Source: Alphaproteobacteria bacterium (GTDB lineage: Bacteria; Pseudomonadota; Alphaproteobacteria; JAAXGF01). Taken from it: a stretch of 64,000 nucleotides of DNA. The position numbers were made by a program, and so were the translations under genes. Numbering within the stretch: position 1 is the stretch's first letter; each line of letters begins with the position of its first letter. Shown one piece after another: positions 60,712-64,000 of the stretch. The notes beneath the pieces were generated by a model, which was given only the letters and a program-made list of their open reading frames with translations, searched no databases and was not told where the DNA came from. The stretch lies in the NCBI GenBank assembly GCA_963555825.3, contig CAUVXB020000002.1:1536001-1600000 (forward strand), in the 5' to 3' direction.

Positions 60712-60894
60712 CGGTCATCTTTGACTCGCGTAAAGCCGACCTGCGCTCAATCGCCGCGCATGCCGATCTTATGGTCTCAAGCCGATTTTATGGGATCAAG
60801 GTTGGCCGAACGGTCGGCGGCCCGCTTCTTGTCCCAATGAGACTGGCGCGGGTTGGTAAGTCCCAACCGATTCCATTGGTCGGATTAAATTCTA
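60712..60894 (-). repeat. Repeat family A, copy 4 (translated as the C-terminus of DUF1194)
   Basis: Both cores plus CTTGTCCCAAT and TGGCGCGGG shared with copy 1. Confidence 0.85.
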
Positions 60895-61582
60895 GCCGGC
60901 CGATGACCGGCCGGTATTCGATCTCGCGCAGCAGTTTCTCGCGGATCGCCCTGCCGAAGTCGTCGATCGTCTCGGCCACCATGACGAAGGCGCCGAAGCC
61001 GCCGATCACCTCGCTTCGGTAATAGGCCGCGAGGTCGGGCTCCTCGCTGAGGATCGCCAAGCCGTTGACCGTGATGCCCTGGGCCGTCGCGGCATGACGC
61101 GCCTGACTGGGCGGCACGCTATGGTATCTGAAGGTCGTCTCGCGGCCGTCGCCCGAAACGTCGATGACCTGGCGCGGGCTGGTCAGGTCGTTGTACTCGA
61201 TCAGGCGCACGCTATAGAGCACGCCGCGGCCGATCCCGGTGCTGCCCTCGATGCGGCGCGGGAACGCCTCGACCAGGCGGGCGAAGGTCTCGGCGGCGGC
61301 CGGGCCGTCCAGCACGTGCCACGGCGTGGCGTCCTTGTAGCCCTCGGATTCGGCCCAGATCGCCACGCTGACGCCGATGCTGGCGGTTGGGCCCGAGCGG
61401 ATCGCCTCGAGCACCTCGGCGTCGCGGAAGGCGGCGGCGATGCCGGCCATCTGAAGCGCGAATTCCTGATCGCTGATCGAGCCCGAGGCGTCGACCGCCA
61501 GCACCAGCTCCAAATCGACCTGCGTTGCCGCGCGCACCGGCGCAACCGGCATCACCGCCGTGACGAGCAGCGCGGCGAGCAG
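60788..61582 (-). CDS. DUF1194 (vWA-like) protein; start codon uncertain
   Basis: VDLELVLAVDASGS, IDVSGDG, VNGLAI, VIGG.GAF, KLLREI. Confidence 0.88.
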   Translation of the reverse strand: MLAALLVTAVMPVAPVRAATQVDLELVLAVDASGSISDQEFALQMAGIAAAFRDAEVLEAIRSGPTASIGVSVAIWAESEGYKDATPWHVLDGPAAAETFARLVEAFPRRIEGSTGIGRGVLYSVRLIEYNDLTSPRQVIDVSGDGRETTFRYHSVPPSQARHAATAQGITVNGLAILSEEPDLAAYYRSEVIGGFGAFVMVAETIDDFGRAIREKLLREIEYRPVIGRLEFNPTNGIGWDLPTRASLIGTRSGPPTVRPTLIP

Positions 61583-61635
61583 CGCGGTCTCCGCTGTAAG
61601 CCGTCGCGCGTGCCGGGAGGCGCGCCGCCCTGGCG

Positions 61636-61950
61636 TTATGACGAACTGCGGGTATATTGACGCGCCGTCATGCAGTTGGTGAAGGCTTCCTGCCGTTCGC
61701 CGAAACGCGCCGGATCGGAGCCGGGCGCCTGCACGCCGAGCGATGAGCTCGTCGTACTGCCGGTGAGCCGGCTGCTGTCGCTGGCCGCCGCCGACATGGT
61801 CATCGCGTCGGCCTGCATGGTGCATTCCGAGACGTCGTTGTCGATCTGCGCCTGGCTGGTGTTCGGCCGGGTCCAGCCGCCGCCCGTCGCGCAAGACGCG
61901 AGAAGCGCCAGGGCGGCGACGGCGGCGAGGTATTGTCGGCATCGGTCCAT
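61636..61950 (-). CDS. Putative lipoprotein
   Basis: Lipobox LASC; paired Cys (EC...NCM). Confidence 0.8.
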   Translation of the reverse strand: MDRCRQYLAAVAALALLASCATGGGWTRPNTSQAQIDNDVSECTMQADAMTMSAAASDSSRLTGSTTSSSLGVQAPGSDPARFGERQEAFTNCMTARQYTRSSS

Positions 61951-62041
61951 GGGTACCCTTGGTGTTCGGGGTGAGTCTTCGTGGCGCGCCACATCGCCGC
62001 GAATGGTAGACGAAGCCGCCGGTTCTTGGCAAGGCGGCCGC

Positions 62042-62734
62042 CTATCCCGGCTTGTCGAACAGCGGCATGTCCTTGCGGCGCATCGGCACGATCAGAGCGG
62101 CGCCGACGGCGAAGCCGCCGACGTGGGCCCACAACGCGATCTGGCCGGCCTCGTTCGACAACACGAAGAGCTCGAACAGCTGGAGCGCGATCCAGCCGCC
62201 GAGCACGATGTAGGCGGACAGGCGCAGCGGGATCCACTTGATCACCAGGACCAGCACCTTGACCTTGGGATGGAGCATGAGATAGGCGCCGAGCACGCCC
62301 GAGACCGCGCCTGACGCGCCGATCACCGGCGATGCCGAGTCGCCGTTGGCGATGGCGTGCGCGAGGCCGCCGGCGACGCCGCAGACGAGGAAGAAGGCGG
62401 CGAACTTCACATGGCCCATCGAGTCCTCGATGTTGTCGCCGAAGACCCAGAGATAGAGCATATTGCCGATCAGGTGCAGCCAGCCCGAGTGCAGGAACAT
62501 CGAGGTGATCAGCGTCAGCTCGGCCGGCACCATGACCAGCGCCGGCTCGAGTTCGCGGCCGTCGAACAGCACCGCCGGGATCATGCCGAGACCGTAGACC
62601 AATTCGCCGGTCTCGGTCTGGCCCTCGGCAAGCTGCCACAGAAAGGCGACGACGCAGGCCGCGATGATGGTGACCGTGACGAATTGAAACGGGATGATCT
62701 TCAGCGGGTTGGCATCGTGCAGCGGAAGAAACAT
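62042..62734 (-). CDS. Rhomboid family intramembrane serine protease
   Basis: TSMFLH...HLIGNM, GASG, AHVGGF. Confidence 0.95.
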   Translation of the reverse strand: MFLPLHDANPLKIIPFQFVTVTIIAACVVAFLWQLAEGQTETGELVYGLGMIPAVLFDGRELEPALVMVPAELTLITSMFLHSGWLHLIGNMLYLWVFGDNIEDSMGHVKFAAFFLVCGVAGGLAHAIANGDSASPVIGASGAVSGVLGAYLMLHPKVKVLVLVIKWIPLRLSAYIVLGGWIALQLFELFVLSNEAGQIALWAHVGGFAVGAALIVPMRRKDMPLFDKPG

Positions 62735-62902
62735 CGCTCTGGTCCGGTTGCCGGCGTGCCGCCAAATGATCGGCGCTTTCGGCGCGCCTGTCCAGCGACG
62801 CCCCCCGGGGCGCGATTCCGGTGCTTACGCCGGCCCGCATCGGTCTTATGATGAGCGGCACGGACGGCGCGCATTCGCGCCCGGCCCAGGGAGTGACGCG
62901 CC

Positions 62903-64000
62903 ATGGCCTGCTGCCACTATTACGCGCCGACCGAGGGCGGCGACACAGCGTTCATGGTCGATACCTCGACGATCGTCTTCGGCCCCGGCGTGCTGGCCGA
63001 GGTCGGCGACCATGCCCGCGCGCTCGGTATGCGCCGCGCCGCGCTGTTCACCGACGCGGGCCTCGCCGGGCTCGGCCATGTCGCGATCGTGCGCCGCGCG
63101 CTCGAAGACGCCGGTGTCGACGTCGCGCTCTACGATGCGGTGCGCGTCGAGCCGACCGACGAATCCTTCCTCGCCGCAGCGCGCTTCGCATCGCAAGCCG
63201 GTGTCGACGGCTTCGTCTCGGTCGGCGGCGGCTCGGTCATCGATACCGCAAAGGCGGCCAACCTCTACGCCAGCCACCCGGCCGACTTCCTGACTTACGT
63301 CAACGCGCCGATCGGCGGCGGCCAGCCGGTGCCGGGCCCGCTCAAACCCCATATCGCCTGCCCGACGACCTGCGGCACGGGCAGCGAATGCACCGGCATC
63401 GCGATCTTCGATCTGCTGGCGATGAAGGCCAAGACGGGCATCGTCTCGCGCAGCCTGCGCCCGACGCTCGCGCTGATCGACCCGACGACGACCTATACGC
63501 TGCCGACCGCCGTGGTCGCCGCCAGCGGCTTCGACGTGCTGAGCCACGCGCTCGAATCCTATACCGCGCGGCCCTACACGGCGCGCCCGGTCGATGCCCG
63601 CCCGAGCCTTCGGCCGCAGAGCCAAGGCGCCAACCCGTGGAGCGATAGCGGCTGTCTTGAGGCGCTGCGGCTGACCGGCGAATACCTGGTCCGCGCGGTG
63701 AGCGACGCGGCCGACCGCGAGGCGCGCGACAAGATGATGTACGCCGCGACGCTCGCGGGGCTGGCCTTCGGCAACGCCGGCTGCCACCTGCCGCACGGCA
63801 TGTCGTACTCGGTCTCCGGCCTGGTGCGCGACTTCCGGCCCGACGGCTACCCGCAAGGTGAGCCGATCGTGCCCCACGGCATGTCGGTCATCGTCAACGC
63901 GCCCGCCGTGTTCCGCTTCACGGCGCAAGCCTGCCCCGAGCGTCACCTCGAGGGCGCCGCATGCCTCGGCGCGGACGCGCGCGGCGCCGGTGCGGAAGAC
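62903..64000 (+). CDS. Iron-containing alcohol dehydrogenase family, hydroxyacid-oxoacid transhydrogenase-like (runs off window)
   Basis: Manual translation MACCHYYAP...; [41 protein letters not shown]. Confidence 0.9.
   Translation, partial: MACCHYYAPTEGGDTAFMVDTSTIVFGPGVLAEVGDHARALGMRRAALFTDAGLAGLGHVAIVRRALEDAGVDVALYDAVRVEPTDESFLAAARFASQAGVDGFVSVGGGSVIDTAKAANLYASHPADFLTYVNAPIGGGQPVPGPLKPHIACPTTCGTGSECTGIAIFDLLAMKAKTGIVSRSLRPTLALIDPTTTYTLPTAVVAASGFDVLSHALESYTARPYTARPVDARPSLRPQSQGANPWSDSGCLEALRLTGEYLVRAVSDAADREARDKMMYAATLAGLAFGNAGCHLPHGMSYSVSGLVRDFRPDGYPQGEPIVPHGMSVIVNAPAVFRFTAQACPERHLEGAACLGADARGAGAED

Overview
High-GC alphaproteobacterial chromosome segment (Rhodospirillales-like by inference: class I LysRS, GTTC-N7-GTTC SOS box, Flp pilin). 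0.8-16.4 kb is a methylated-amine catabolism region: non-pyrrolysine MttB, two GcvT-family dehydrogenases, a class III aminotransferase, and soxB-like / glutamine-synthetase-like / glxBCD genes with a GntR regulator. 16-35 kb is mostly housekeeping (SDR-FolB fusion, TerB, DinG, SthA, LysS, PyrD). 29.8-59.2 kb carries five IS elements of five families, all with readable ends; three disrupt genes and two sit inside small repeats. Best leads: (1) two tandem paralogous secreted proteins built from an unrecognised ~85-aa Cys-pair repeat, coupled to a TolA/TonB-like protein with ~56 Glu-Pro dipeptides; (2) an IS1111-type IS110 whose 3' non-coding region contains guides matching its own target and donor junction (bridge RNA), inside an island bracketed by inverted copies of its target repeat; (3) a structured ~170-bp repeat always placed in one orientation at gene 3' ends; (4) a DnaA-box/IHF cluster between convergent genes; (5) a 36-aa-repeat coiled-coil gene coupled to a GAF-GAF-PAS adenylate cyclase. 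No rRNA, tRNA or CRISPR array seen. All family calls come from motif recognition by eye, not database searches.
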